From Kiritimatiellia bacterium (GTDB taxonomy: Bacteria; Verrucomicrobiota; Kiritimatiellia; RFP12; UBA1067), in contig JAZOQY010000041.1 of assembly GCA_045656285.1 (NCBI GenBank), positions 65,307 to 129,306 on the forward strand: a stretch of DNA of 64,000 bases, in the 5' to 3' direction. Shown here in pieces: positions 10,065-19,124 of this stretch. Below the pieces are notes generated by a model, which was given only the letters and a program-made list of their open reading frames with translations, did no database searches and had not been told where the DNA came from. How positions within the stretch are numbered: the stretch's first letter is position 1; each line of letters starts with the position of its first letter. A program made the translations under genes and the position numbers.

Positions 10065-12131
10065 TTACGGTAAGGCGAGCGGAGAATCGCCGTGAATCAA
10101 AAGGCCGCACTTCCACACGCCTCCGCTCCCGGCGCGCGTACGGTAGACGATCCTGTTCTCGCCCTTCTTGAGCTTGAGCGTTATCGGCGTTGGAGTTACC
10201 GGGCCGTCGAACGTCCCGAGGCTCTCGCCGTTGACGATGATCTCGCCCCAGTATTCGTTGTAGCGCATCAAGACATATTCGCCGTCCGCGGGCGCAATCA
10301 CGCTCGTGGCGACCTCCGCCCAACGTCTGCCGTCGCGGCCGCTGACGACCTCTTCGGGATAGATCTTTTTGAGATCGACATAACGTTCACCTTTGGCGAG
10401 AACGACAGTCTTGCCGTCAACCGTATATCTGGCCATCGGCACATGGCAATCGACCGGAGCGACGGCCTTCGACACATCCTCCGAAACTCCATCGCCCGTC
10501 AAGCGCACAATGCGCGCATGCTTCTCGCCGCACTTGCCGCAGACCCAGGACAGGCGATACTTGCCGCGAAAACCGCGAAACGCGACAACTCCGCGCCCTT
10601 CATCATCGCCCTTCACCTTCACCTCAAGCCTGGTGCGCCACTCCTTGTTGACAAGTTCGTCAAGCGCATCATAGGCGCGCTTGCGCTTCATGTCACGCGT
10701 AAAAAGCCCGGAGACGAGAGGCTCGCCGTAAACTCCGCCGCCGTCTACGGCATTCCACCACGTAATGCCCATCGCCGCCTTGTGCGAAAACCACTTGCGG
10801 TAGATGTTGCGCGTCAGGATCGCCTGGATCTGGCGGCTCCTGTCGTCCGCACCCGGCGATGTGATCGTGACCTCGGAGATATGCAGAGGCTTGCCCGTCC
10901 TGGCCATGGTATCGAGACGATGCTGAATGGTCGCAGGAGTTCCGACCCAATTTACGTTGGTCGCACCGAGCGCGAGACGCATGCAGTCGTTTGTGTTGAA
11001 GATATGCATCTGACATCCGACAACATCGATTCTGGCGCCTTCATTCTCAAGATCCTTGACCTGCGCAAGAAAATTGTCGTTGATCGCATAATCGTTGATC
11101 ACAAGATCGACATCCTTGGGAAAAGCCTCCTTGGCGTCCAAAAGCGCATTGAGCGGATAATCTCCCGGCATAAGCCCGTAAACCGACTTCCAGACAGGCA
11201 GCCCCGTGCGGGATTTGCGGTAGACCTTCCAGTCGACGCAACTTTCGTTCACAACATCCCAGCTGTCGACAAAAGGCCCGAAATCCCTGGCGACATCAAA
11301 AACCCTCTTCCTGAAGATTTCACGCATGTTCCGGGCGAACCGAGGGGCATTCTCGCCGATGGTCCTCTCGGTCACATAGCCGTACGCGTTGCGCCACGCC
11401 TTCTTCCAGCGGCTGTTGAATCCGAAACCTCCCTCTGCGCCGGCTTTCGCACGCTTTGTAAACGTAGAGTGACGCGGAATGCCGAGCGCATCGAAATACT
11501 CCTTCTCGCTCTCGGGGCAGTACCAATCGTAAATCCAGTAAGGCTTTGCCGTGCCCCAGATGAGAATATGCCCGTGGATGCGGACATCCATCATCTTCAG
11601 ATAGTCGATGACCGGCTTGGCCGCCGGGCGACGCCAGAAACGTTCGAGCTGAGCCTCTTCCAAAGAAAGCGAATTCCAATACGCCTCGGTGTCGTCGTAG
11701 GCCGCATTTGCGCGCAGCTTGCCGGGCTCCGGCTCGTAATTGTTCCAGTAGAACGCCACGGTCGCCTGGTTGAAAAGACCGTCCTTGCCGTAGCTCGCCT
11801 TGTAGGCATCGTTCCATTCCGTTCGGCCGAGCTGATTGAAATTGAAGATGTGGGCGCCGAAACGGAATTCATGATCCATCTGCTCGACTTCGACATTCGT
11901 GCCCGGCCGCGCCGGAAGCGCAAAAACACCGTCGGCCTTTCGGTTCGCCTCGATATCCGCGTCGATTTTGCGCTGTTCGTCCTCGTTCCAGATTTTCCAG
12001 TACGCATCGCTCATCGCCTTAGCATCGCATCCCGCAGGAACGCCCCTGGAAGACGCTTCAGCAACATCTCCCCATCCGGCCGCCGTCAATGCAAGCAACG
12101 AAACTGAAACAAAAGTTTGAAGATTTTTCAT
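10065..12131 (-). CDS. Glycoside hydrolase family 10 (xylanase-like) with an unassigned ~200-aa C-terminal domain
   Basis: Signal peptide present. GH10 motifs 'WNNYEPEPG', 'HGHILIWG', 'WDVVNE' (acid/base Glu) and 'ISEVTI' (nucleophile Glu). Confidence 0.75.
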   Translation of the reverse strand: MKNLQTFVSVSLLALTAAGWGDVAEASSRGVPAGCDAKAMSDAYWKIWNEDEQRKIDADIEANRKADGVFALPARPGTNVEVEQMDHEFRFGAHIFNFNQLGRTEWNDAYKASYGKDGLFNQATVAFYWNNYEPEPGKLRANAAYDDTEAYWNSLSLEEAQLERFWRRPAAKPVIDYLKMMDVRIHGHILIWGTAKPYWIYDWYCPESEKEYFDALGIPRHSTFTKRAKAGAEGGFGFNSRWKKAWRNAYGYVTERTIGENAPRFARNMREIFRKRVFDVARDFGPFVDSWDVVNESCVDWKVYRKSRTGLPVWKSVYGLMPGDYPLNALLDAKEAFPKDVDLVINDYAINDNFLAQVKDLENEGARIDVVGCQMHIFNTNDCMRLALGATNVNWVGTPATIQHRLDTMARTGKPLHISEVTITSPGADDRSRQIQAILTRNIYRKWFSHKAAMGITWWNAVDGGGVYGEPLVSGLFTRDMKRKRAYDALDELVNKEWRTRLEVKVKGDDEGRGVVAFRGFRGKYRLSWVCGKCGEKHARIVRLTGDGVSEDVSKAVAPVDCHVPMARYTVDGKTVVLAKGERYVDLKKIYPEEVVSGRDGRRWAEVATSVIAPADGEYVLMRYNEYWGEIIVNGESLGTFDGPVTPTPITLKLKKGENRIVYRTRAGSGGVWKCGLLIHGDSPLALP

Positions 12132-12138
12132 GCGTCAT

Positions 12139-12146
12139 ATTATACA
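12139..12146 (-). promoter_or_regulatory. -10 TGTATAAT, 7 nt from the GH10 ATG (predicted leaderless)
   Basis: Minus strand reads TTTTGTATAATATGACGCATG, nearly identical to the tolC promoter core. Confidence 0.5.
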
Positions 12147-12181
12147 AAACGACCCGAAAAAAATCCATCTCATTCAGAGTC

Positions 12182-12222
12182 GAGACAGGTTGCATGTCTC
12201 CGGTTTCCGGAATCCGGAAACC
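12182..12222 (-). terminator. Tandem hairpins downstream of hydE (possible terminator)
   Basis: GAGACA-N7-TGTCTC (12182..12200) is followed by a perfect 9-bp stem GGTTTCCGG-AAT-CCGGAAACC (12202..12222). The T-run on the minus strand lies about 17 nt further on, so this is not a classical terminator. Confidence 0.35.
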
Positions 12223-12229
12223 ACCCCCG

Positions 12230-13294
12230 TCAACGCGCCCTGAGGCTGTCGCCGCGCGATGAATAATCGATCGCTTCTCCTATCGCGGCAAGCGCGCAAT
12301 CAAGGCGCTCTTTAGCCGCCAACGACGTCTCGTCCAGCCCAGGCTTTCCGGAATAAAGCTGATATGATTGACGGCGCGTCACATCCGTGACATTCGGCAT
12401 GACGACGTTCGCGCCGGCAAGAATCCCGCGCTCTCGCCCATCCTTCGCCAATGCCTCGAGAGCCGTGGTCGAAGCGATATTGACGTCATGAAGATAAAGG
12501 CGCGTGACCGCTATCATATCGAGCGCGCGTTCAAGCTTCTCGCCGCCTGAAATCGCATCGCGCTCCGCAAGCGGAGTGTCGGGGTGCGAAAGATACGGCC
12601 CCATGCCGATCATGACGGCCTTGGCCTCGCTGAAGAAGACAACATCGCGCGCAAGATCGCGTATCGTCTGCCCGGGCAGGGAGCTCATGGTGCCGGTGCC
12701 GACCTGGTAGCCGCATTCGTCGAGATGATTCAGACACTCCACCCGACGCTCCCAATCGCATGACGGCGGATGCAGGGTCGAATAAAGCTCCCTGCCGGAA
12801 GTCTCGATTCTCAAAAGATAACGAGAAGCGCCCGCGTCCTTCCAGCGTCTGTAGACATCCTTAGTCTGCTCGCCGAGAGAAAGCGTGATTCCGAAATCGA
12901 ATCTGGCCAGAGCCCTCAGCGCCTCTTCGATGAAACGGGTGTTTTCGTCGCTCTCGATTTCGCCTCCCTGCAGCACAAGCGACCTGTACCCGAGCGCCGC
13001 GTTGGTCTCGGCCATGCGCTCTATTTCGGCAACGTTCAAACGGTAGCGCTCGACGTTCCCGTTTGACTTTCTTATCCCGCAGTAGAAGCAGTCTTTCGCG
13101 CAGATGTTGCCCAGCTCTATGATGCCTCGAATCGCAACGAGATTCCCGAAATAGCGGCGCTTGAGCGAACGCGCAGCCTCGCGAAGAGCCGTCCTGTCGT
13201 CCGGCGACGAAAGCGACAGAAGCCTCTCTATCTCCTCAAGAGAAAGATTGCATGGCTTTTCGAGGGCTTTATCGATCAGAGACTTCATCAACAC
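12230..13294 (-). CDS. Radical SAM enzyme, [FeFe]-hydrogenase maturase HydE-like (BioB/HydE family)
   Basis: 'GIIELGNICAKDCFYCGIRKSN' contains the CxxxCxxC motif, and the ~350-aa length fits. The start is either GTG 13294 or ATG 13288. Confidence 0.6.
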   Translation of the reverse strand: MLMKSLIDKALEKPCNLSLEEIERLLSLSSPDDRTALREAARSLKRRYFGNLVAIRGIIELGNICAKDCFYCGIRKSNGNVERYRLNVAEIERMAETNAALGYRSLVLQGGEIESDENTRFIEEALRALARFDFGITLSLGEQTKDVYRRWKDAGASRYLLRIETSGRELYSTLHPPSCDWERRVECLNHLDECGYQVGTGTMSSLPGQTIRDLARDVVFFSEAKAVMIGMGPYLSHPDTPLAERDAISGGEKLERALDMIAVTRLYLHDVNIASTTALEALAKDGRERGILAGANVVMPNVTDVTRRQSYQLYSGKPGLDETSLAAKERLDCALAAIGEAIDYSSRGDSLRAR

Positions 13295-13322
13295 GAAAAA
13301 ATCAAAACACCTGCCGAATTAA

Positions 13323-13364
13323 AACGAAAAAGAAACTGCGAGAGGTTCGCAGTTTCTTTTCGTT
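13323..13364 (-). terminator. Rho-independent terminator after fusA
   Basis: Long stem (14 bp, a bulge, then 4 bp) around loop GAGGT. The minus strand reads CTGCGA-ACCTC-TCGCAGTTTCTTTTTCGTTTTAATT. Confidence 0.6.
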
Positions 13365-13379
13365 GTGTCAAGCGCTCTA

Positions 13380-15479
13380 TCAGTCGGCGGAAGGACGAAC
13401 CTTGCCTTCCTTGATGCGCTTTTCGACGACCGCCTTGGCGATGGAAGCGGGAACCGCTTCGTACTGCTTGAAGATCATCGTGAACGAGCCGCGGCCCTGG
13501 GTGACCGTACGGATCGCGTTCGAGTAGCCGAACATTTCGCCGAGCGGGACGGTAGCCTTGAGGAGCTTGACGCCGGCACGGTCTTCCATGCCCTCGATAC
13601 GGCCGCGACGCTGGTTGATCGAGCCGTTGGCCGCGCCCATATACTGCTCGGGAACGACGACTTCGACGTCCATCATAGGCTCGAGGAGTTTCGGCTTGGC
13701 CTTGAGGAAGGCCTGCTTGAAGCACTGACGGGCACACTCGATGAAGGCGAATTCGTTGGAGTCGACTTCGTGGTAGGAACCGAAGTATACGGTAGCCTTG
13801 ACGTCGACGACAGGGAAGCCGGCGAGAGGACCGGACTCGAGAGCCTTCTTGACGCCCTTTTCGACGGCAGGAATGTACTCGGTAGGAATTACGCCGCCCT
13901 TGACCTCGTTGACGAACTCGAAGCCCTTGCCGGGTTCCTGAGGTTCGAGCTTGAGGCAGACGTGAGCGTACTGACCGCGACCACCGGACTGCTTGACGTG
14001 CTTGTACTCGTTGTCGACGTTGACTTCGATCGTTTCACGGTAAGCGACCTGAGGAGCGCCGACGTCGCAGTCGACGTTGAATTCGCGTTTCAGACGGTCG
14101 ACGATAACTTCGAGGTAGAGCTCGCCCATGCCGGCGATGATCGTCTCGGAGGTTTCCTGGTCGAAGGTAACGACGAAGGTCGGGTCTTCCATCGCGAGAG
14201 CGTGGAGAGCGACGCCGAGCTTCTCGTTATCGCCACGGCTCTTCGGCTTGACGGCAACCGAGATAACGGGAGCGGGGAAGTCGATCGACTCGAGAACGAT
14301 GGGCTTGGCGGGGTCGCAAAGCGTATCGCCCGTACGGGTCTGGGTAAGGCCGACGCACGCGACGATATCTCCGGCGCGGGCCTCTTCGAGAGGCTCCTGC
14401 TTGTTGGCGTGCATGCGGAAGAGACGGGAAATGCGCTGCTCCTGGCCGATCGTGGAGTCGAAGAGCTCGGCGCCGAGCTTCATCGTGCCCGAGTAAACGC
14501 GGACGAACGTGATCTTGCCCATGTTCTTGTCGGACATGATCTTGAACGCGAGACCGCAGAAAGGCTCGTCGTCGGAAACCTCGCGCTTCTCCTCGGGGTT
14601 GTCCTGAGAAACGGCGGCGCCCGTGTCGAGAGGCGAAGGAAGATAATCGCAGACGGCGTCGAGGAGAGGCTGAACGCCCTTGTCCTTGAACGCACTGCCG
14701 CAGAAGGCGGGGGTGATCGAACGAGCGAGGCATCCCTTGCGGATGGCCTTCTTGATTTCGTCGATCGTGAGTTCCTCGCCGGCGAAGAACTTCTCCATGA
14801 GAGCGTCGTCCTGCTCAGCGGCGGACTCGACCATCTTCTGGCGCCACTCGGCGGCCTTCTCGGCGTACTCTTCGGGGATGTCCTTCTCGATGACCGTCTT
14901 GCCGAGGCTCTTCATATCGAAGTAGAGAGCCTTCATCTTGATAAGGTCGATAACGCCCTCGAAGGACTCGGCCGCGCCGATCGGAATTACCATCGGTACG
15001 GGGTTGGCCTTGAGCTGAGTGCGCATCTGCTCCATGACGCTGTAGAAGTTGGCGCCGACGCGGTCCATCTTGTTGACGAACGCGATCTTGGGCACTTTGT
15101 ACTTCTCGGACTGGCGCCAAACCTGCTCGGACTGGGGCTGAACGCCGCCGACCGCGCAGTAGAGAGCGACCGCGCCGTCGAGAACGCGCAAAGAGCGCTC
15201 TACTTCGGCCGTAAAGTCAACGTGTCCGGGAGTATCGATGAGCGAGAGGCGGTAGTTGCCCCATGAAACGCACGTAGCGGCGGACTGAATCGTAATGCCG
15301 CGCTCCTGTTCCTGAACCATGAAGTCCATCGTCGCGGCGCCGTCATGAACTTCGCCGAGCTTGTAGTTCTTGCCCGAATAGTAAAGAATACGTTCGGACG
15401 TCGTCGTCTTGCCGCCGTCAATGTGGGCCATGATGCCGAAGTTACGCACTCTCTCGAGCGGGATGTCGCGTTTTGCCAT
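13380..15479 (-). CDS. fusA: Elongation factor G
   Basis: 699 aa. '[20 protein letters not shown]' and 'DTPGHVDF'. Confidence 0.95.
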   Translation of the reverse strand: MAKRDIPLERVRNFGIMAHIDGGKTTTSERILYYSGKNYKLGEVHDGAATMDFMVQEQERGITIQSAATCVSWGNYRLSLIDTPGHVDFTAEVERSLRVLDGAVALYCAVGGVQPQSEQVWRQSEKYKVPKIAFVNKMDRVGANFYSVMEQMRTQLKANPVPMVIPIGAAESFEGVIDLIKMKALYFDMKSLGKTVIEKDIPEEYAEKAAEWRQKMVESAAEQDDALMEKFFAGEELTIDEIKKAIRKGCLARSITPAFCGSAFKDKGVQPLLDAVCDYLPSPLDTGAAVSQDNPEEKREVSDDEPFCGLAFKIMSDKNMGKITFVRVYSGTMKLGAELFDSTIGQEQRISRLFRMHANKQEPLEEARAGDIVACVGLTQTRTGDTLCDPAKPIVLESIDFPAPVISVAVKPKSRGDNEKLGVALHALAMEDPTFVVTFDQETSETIIAGMGELYLEVIVDRLKREFNVDCDVGAPQVAYRETIEVNVDNEYKHVKQSGGRGQYAHVCLKLEPQEPGKGFEFVNEVKGGVIPTEYIPAVEKGVKKALESGPLAGFPVVDVKATVYFGSYHEVDSNEFAFIECARQCFKQAFLKAKPKLLEPMMDVEVVVPEQYMGAANGSINQRRGRIEGMEDRAGVKLLKATVPLGEMFGYSNAIRTVTQGRGSFTMIFKQYEAVPASIAKAVVEKRIKEGKVRPSAD

Positions 15480-15515
15480 TTATCTACTCCTTTTGTTAAA
15501 AAATTATGAAGTAAT

Positions 15516-15523
15516 ATTATACC
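15516..15523 (-). promoter_or_regulatory. fusA promoter -10 (GGTATAAT), ~30-nt leader with SD
   Basis: Minus strand reads TAATTAAGGTATAATATTAC. SD AAAAGGAGTAG lies upstream of ATG 15479. Confidence 0.5.
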
Positions 15524-15527
15524 TTAA

Positions 15528-15553
15528 TTACCCCCCTTTACGCAAGGGGGTAA
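15528..15553 (-). terminator. Hairpin after birA (weak terminator candidate; overlaps the fusA -35 region)
   Basis: TTACCCCCCTT-TACGC-AAGGGGGTAA forms a ~10-bp stem with a 1-nt bulge. No clear T-tract follows. Confidence 0.3.
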
Positions 15554-15563
15554 ATACGAGAAA

Positions 15564-16271
15564 TTAGAGGCAAACGACGTGCGCTTCTCCCGCCCAGATG
15601 CAGACATCGCCGACGAGAAGCGATCCGTCTGCGGAGATTCCGCCGCATTTGCCTCTTACGGGCTCCATATCGCCATCAGTCTGCATAATCGCAACTTCTC
15701 GATTCTTAAGCCAATCGGCTTCCGCGATTTCGGGATAGACCGCCTTGAAGCCGCCGTCGCGCCATACCTCGTACACTGACGAGAGGAAACCCAAGAGCCT
15801 GTCTCGAACCTCTATAACCTCAACAGGAGAGCCGTTAAGCCTTAAAGATGTCGCCCTTGACGAAATTTCATCGGGAAAATTCTTCTGGCCGACATTCACC
15901 CCGATACCGACAATGACGTTGTCTCCGGCGCGCTCGCAGAGAATCCCCGCAATCTTCAGGCTTGAGACATAAACGTCGTTGGGCCACTTGAGCTTGACAT
16001 CGCCATCGCGCCCCAAAAACGACGAAACGGTCTTTACTGCGGCGAGCCCGACCGCAAGCGGCAATGTGGCAGCATGGGCGATGTCGAGAGAACCGACATC
16101 GAGAACCGCCGACATCATAAGGTTTTCGCCGCGTTCCGAAAGCCACTTGTGATCCAGGCGACCGCGCCCCGCAGTCTGGTAATCAGCCGTGAAGACATCG
16201 CCGTGCCGCCCAGCCCTGGCGTCGGTGTTGGTGGAGAGAGTCTCCTTTTTATGAAATATGCGCCACTGCAT
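15564..16271 (-). CDS. birA: Biotin--[acetyl-CoA-carboxylase] ligase
   Basis: 235 aa. 'GRGRLDHKW' and 'KWPNDV'. No N-terminal HTH domain is evident. Confidence 0.85.
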   Translation of the reverse strand: MQWRIFHKKETLSTNTDARAGRHGDVFTADYQTAGRGRLDHKWLSERGENLMMSAVLDVGSLDIAHAATLPLAVGLAAVKTVSSFLGRDGDVKLKWPNDVYVSSLKIAGILCERAGDNVIVGIGVNVGQKNFPDEISSRATSLRLNGSPVEVIEVRDRLLGFLSSVYEVWRDGGFKAVYPEIAEADWLKNREVAIMQTDGDMEPVRGKCGGISADGSLLVGDVCIWAGEAHVVCL

Positions 16272-16278
16272 GATGATG

Positions 16279-18288
16279 TTAAAACGAAAGACCGACTATC
16301 TCGGGCTCCAGTTCGATGCCGAACCTGTAACGCACCCTCTCGCGCATCAGCCTGGCCAGCGCCAGGATATCGCTGGATGTCGAGCCTTCGCCAGCGACGA
16401 TCACGTTGGCGTGTTCGCTCCAGACATGCGCGCCTCCTGCGCGCAGCGATTTAGCGCCCGCCTCTTCGAGAAGACGTCCGGCGAAATCGCCCGGGGGATT
16501 TTTGAAAACGCTCCCGCACGTGCGCGGCGGAAATTTCTTGCGGCGGCAGAGATAATCCTCCGTCGATCCGTCGAACTCGACGCTCTCGAACTCCACCTCC
16601 TCGATGGTCCCCAGGATGTCGCTGCGGCGATACCCAAACCGGCAGCCGTCCCTTTCAATCCAGACGCCGTCGACCTTGACGCGCCTGACGACTTCGGATA
16701 TCGAATGGCCGAACGCGCCCGCGTTCATTTTGACCCAACCGCCGACGGTCCCGGGGATTCCGGCCATCCACGGTATCGAAAGCGACGCGCCCAAAACCCC
16801 TGCGCTTACCGTGAAAGAGTCTTCCGAAACGGCGATTTTGCCTGAAGACGCCTCCAGCCGCAGGAATTCCGTATCGCACGTCAGATCGCTTATCCACAGA
16901 TTGGACCCGCTGCCGGCAACGAATGTTTCGCCGCCGCCGACACTGACGCCGCCAGTCCTGAAAAAGGAGAATTTCGACAGATCTTTCCTTTCGCCGGAGC
17001 TCTTCGTCATGGCGCAATCGTCAACCGCCCGTGGAACAAGCTTTATGATGTCGCCGGCTCCCAGGAGAAGCGTTACATCGCCCTGCGCACTTTCGAGATA
17101 TGCGTGACGCCACGCCTCTGCGCAGCTTCGCGCCAGATAAACGCGCCCCGAAAGCGTCTCGCGGCAGGAAAGATACAGATCTGCTATATCGCCGCCTTCG
17201 CGAGGCTCCTCGAACGCGGCATACGTGGGGCAGAGAACGATTTCGTCGGCCAAAGCCATCGACGGCGCAAAATCGTCCAGGAGCGCTTTCGTTCTCGAAT
17301 AACGGTGCGGCTGGAACAAGACGCGAAGACGCCCTTTCGTTATTCTGCGCGCCATCTCGACGGCGCATTTCATTTCGGTCGGATGGTGGGCGTAATCGAC
17401 AATGACCTCACCGTTCGAAATGTTGTCGCTCTCCTTTACCGGCCAGATCCGCTGAAACCTGCGGTCGGGCAAGTCGCAGACGATCCCGGAGAGCTCCCGC
17501 GCTATCGCCTCGGCGCCATAGCCTCGCCTGAGCGCGATCTCTATCGCGACGCGGGCGTTCTTGCGATTGTGAAGAGGCAGCGCCAGCAGGAACGAAAATT
17601 CTTCGCGCGAAACAAACGCGTCAAGATCGAGCTCTTCGGCCTCGATCACCTCACCGGCTCGGCTTTTCGCCTTTTCGTAGCAGGCCAGATAATCTTCAAA
17701 CGTCTTGAAATGATCGGGATGATCGTATTCGCAATTCGTGACGACGAGAGTTGCGGCGCGATAAAGAGCTAGCGTTCCGTCAGACTCGTCGGCTTCAACG
17801 ACAAGAACGCCTTCGCCAGGCTCGCAGTTGGCCGAGCCCGCTACGGGAAAGTCGCCCGTCTCGCCTCCGATGGCCCACACGACCTTCTCGCCCAGCGCGG
17901 CAAGAAGACGCGCGATGAATGTAGATGTGGTGGTCTTGCCGTGAGAGCCGCACACCGCGATCGATTCGCGCCCCGAGACGATCTCCGCGAGCACTTCGCC
18001 ACGATACCTGACGCGCGCCAGCCCTAGAGCTTCTCGAGCTTTGGCCGCGAGATATTCGCTGTTGGCGGGCGAAACCGCCGGCGTTACGATTATTTCGTCG
18101 GCATCGTCGACATGGCTTGGCTCGTGGCCGATCGCGACCGGGATGCCGTTCGCACCCAGCCACCGCGTACGCGAAGAGGCATACGCATCGCAACCCGAAA
18201 CGGCATCGCCGCGAGCCTTCGCCAAGAAGGCGAGAGCCGCCATGCCGACGCCCCCCGCTCCGATGAAATGAACATTCTTCCTTGCCAT
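16279..18288 (-). CDS. Fused UDP-N-acetylmuramate--L-alanine ligase (MurC, N-terminal) and UDP-N-acetylenolpyruvoylglucosamine reductase (MurB, C-terminal)
   Basis: The N-terminus 'VHFIGAGGVGMAALA...GSHGKTTT' is MurC. The C-terminal ~235 aa ('AGIPGTVGG...GYRRS...CGSVFKNP...HANVIV') is MurB. Start taken at ATG 18288; the track's TTG 18300 is possible. Confidence 0.8.
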   Translation of the reverse strand: MARKNVHFIGAGGVGMAALAFLAKARGDAVSGCDAYASSRTRWLGANGIPVAIGHEPSHVDDADEIIVTPAVSPANSEYLAAKAREALGLARVRYRGEVLAEIVSGRESIAVCGSHGKTTTSTFIARLLAALGEKVVWAIGGETGDFPVAGSANCEPGEGVLVVEADESDGTLALYRAATLVVTNCEYDHPDHFKTFEDYLACYEKAKSRAGEVIEAEELDLDAFVSREEFSFLLALPLHNRKNARVAIEIALRRGYGAEAIARELSGIVCDLPDRRFQRIWPVKESDNISNGEVIVDYAHHPTEMKCAVEMARRITKGRLRVLFQPHRYSRTKALLDDFAPSMALADEIVLCPTYAAFEEPREGGDIADLYLSCRETLSGRVYLARSCAEAWRHAYLESAQGDVTLLLGAGDIIKLVPRAVDDCAMTKSSGERKDLSKFSFFRTGGVSVGGGETFVAGSGSNLWISDLTCDTEFLRLEASSGKIAVSEDSFTVSAGVLGASLSIPWMAGIPGTVGGWVKMNAGAFGHSISEVVRRVKVDGVWIERDGCRFGYRRSDILGTIEEVEFESVEFDGSTEDYLCRRKKFPPRTCGSVFKNPPGDFAGRLLEEAGAKSLRAGGAHVWSEHANVIVAGEGSTSSDILALARLMRERVRYRFGIELEPEIVGLSF

Positions 18289-18307
18289 CTGATCGCGCAA
18301 AACTCTT

Positions 18308-19000
18308 TCACTCCACGATTTTATAGCCGTAAGACCGCACGCTGGTCAAACGGAAGCCTTCTCGCCCCAGCTTGTGCTTAAGCCGGCTCACCATATTGCG
18401 GATCGCGGCATCGTCGCCGATATAGCCCTCGCCTCTGAGTCCGGAAAAAATCTCATCGTAGGAAAAGCACCTTCCTTTCGACGAAAGGAGCAGCTTGAGC
18501 AGCAACCGCTCGGATCGCGTAAGCGCAAAAGTCTCGCCGTCCGCGATCACCTTCATCGCGGCGAAATCCACCAGCGTCGTCCCCGCCTTCCACACGTCGT
18601 TCCCGTTCGGCGTGAGGGACATGGCGGAGCGGGACTTTCGCATCGCCGCATTGACCCTCGCCACAAACTCTTCGCTCGGGCGGTCTTTCGCGATATAGTC
18701 GTCCGCCCCAAGCCCCAAGGTCCGCACCAGGCCGACATCGTTGGGCATCGCAGTAAAAGCCAGAATGGGAACCAACGGATCGATCGCCCTTATCTCCGAA
18801 CATGCCGCAGCGCCGTTCTTTCTGGGCATCATGATGTCCATCAGAACAAGAGATGGACGTCGCTCGCGAAAGACGAAAACCGCCTCATCGCCATCCTTTG
18901 CGAGCAAGACGGAATAGCCCTCGGATTCAAAAAGAGCCTTGAACGACGAACGCACCGTGCGCTCGTCGTCAACAACAAGTATTTCGCCTAGAAAACCCAT
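18308..19000 (-). CDS. OmpR-family response regulator (REC plus winged-helix)
   Basis: 'ILVVDDE...LVLMDIMMPRKNG' is the receiver domain. The C-terminal trans_reg_C-like region ends 'GYKIVE'. Confidence 0.85.
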   Translation of the reverse strand: MGFLGEILVVDDERTVRSSFKALFESEGYSVLLAKDGDEAVFVFRERRPSLVLMDIMMPRKNGAAACSEIRAIDPLVPILAFTAMPNDVGLVRTLGLGADDYIAKDRPSEEFVARVNAAMRKSRSAMSLTPNGNDVWKAGTTLVDFAAMKVIADGETFALTRSERLLLKLLLSSKGRCFSYDEIFSGLRGEGYIGDDAAIRNMVSRLKHKLGREGFRLTSVRSYGYKIVE

Positions 19001-19038
19001 CTCTTCTTATGATCCCTGAACTATATTGCCTGACGTTC

Positions 19039-19047
19039 ATTATACCA
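19039..19047 (-). promoter_or_regulatory. Extended -10 TGGTATAAT for the response-regulator/murCB/birA operon
   Basis: Minus strand reads GAATATGGTATAATGAACG. The leader to ATG 19000 is ~32 nt. Confidence 0.5.
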
Positions 19048-19067
19048 TATTCTAAAGTCAAAATGCT

Positions 19068-19101
19068 CAAAGAAAAGCGCGGCGGTCGAAAACCGTCGCG
19101 C
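19068..19101 (-). terminator. Rho-independent terminator after the 19125..20024 OMP gene
   Basis: 10-bp stem GCGCGGCGGT / ACCGTCGCGC (one G-T pair) with loop CGAAA. The minus-strand tail is TTTTCTTTG. Confidence 0.65.
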
Positions 19102-19124
19102 AATTCCATTTATGCGGGGAAGCA

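Noticed and set aside
10092-12107. 671-aa ORF antisense to the GH10 gene
   Set aside because: The same shadow-ORF pattern. The GH10 frame carries clear catalytic motifs and a signal peptide, and the antisense frame has none.
13365-15266. 633-aa ORF antisense to fusA
   Set aside because: fusA is unambiguous. The antisense product is repetitive Asp/Leu/Glu/Gly/Arg-rich filler.
19038-19052. Identical 15-mer cattataccatattc, also at 35759..35773, considered as a REP or mobile-element remnant
   Set aside because: It is the shared promoter core (GAATATGGTATAATG) of two transcription units. No flanking inverted repeats or further homology were seen.
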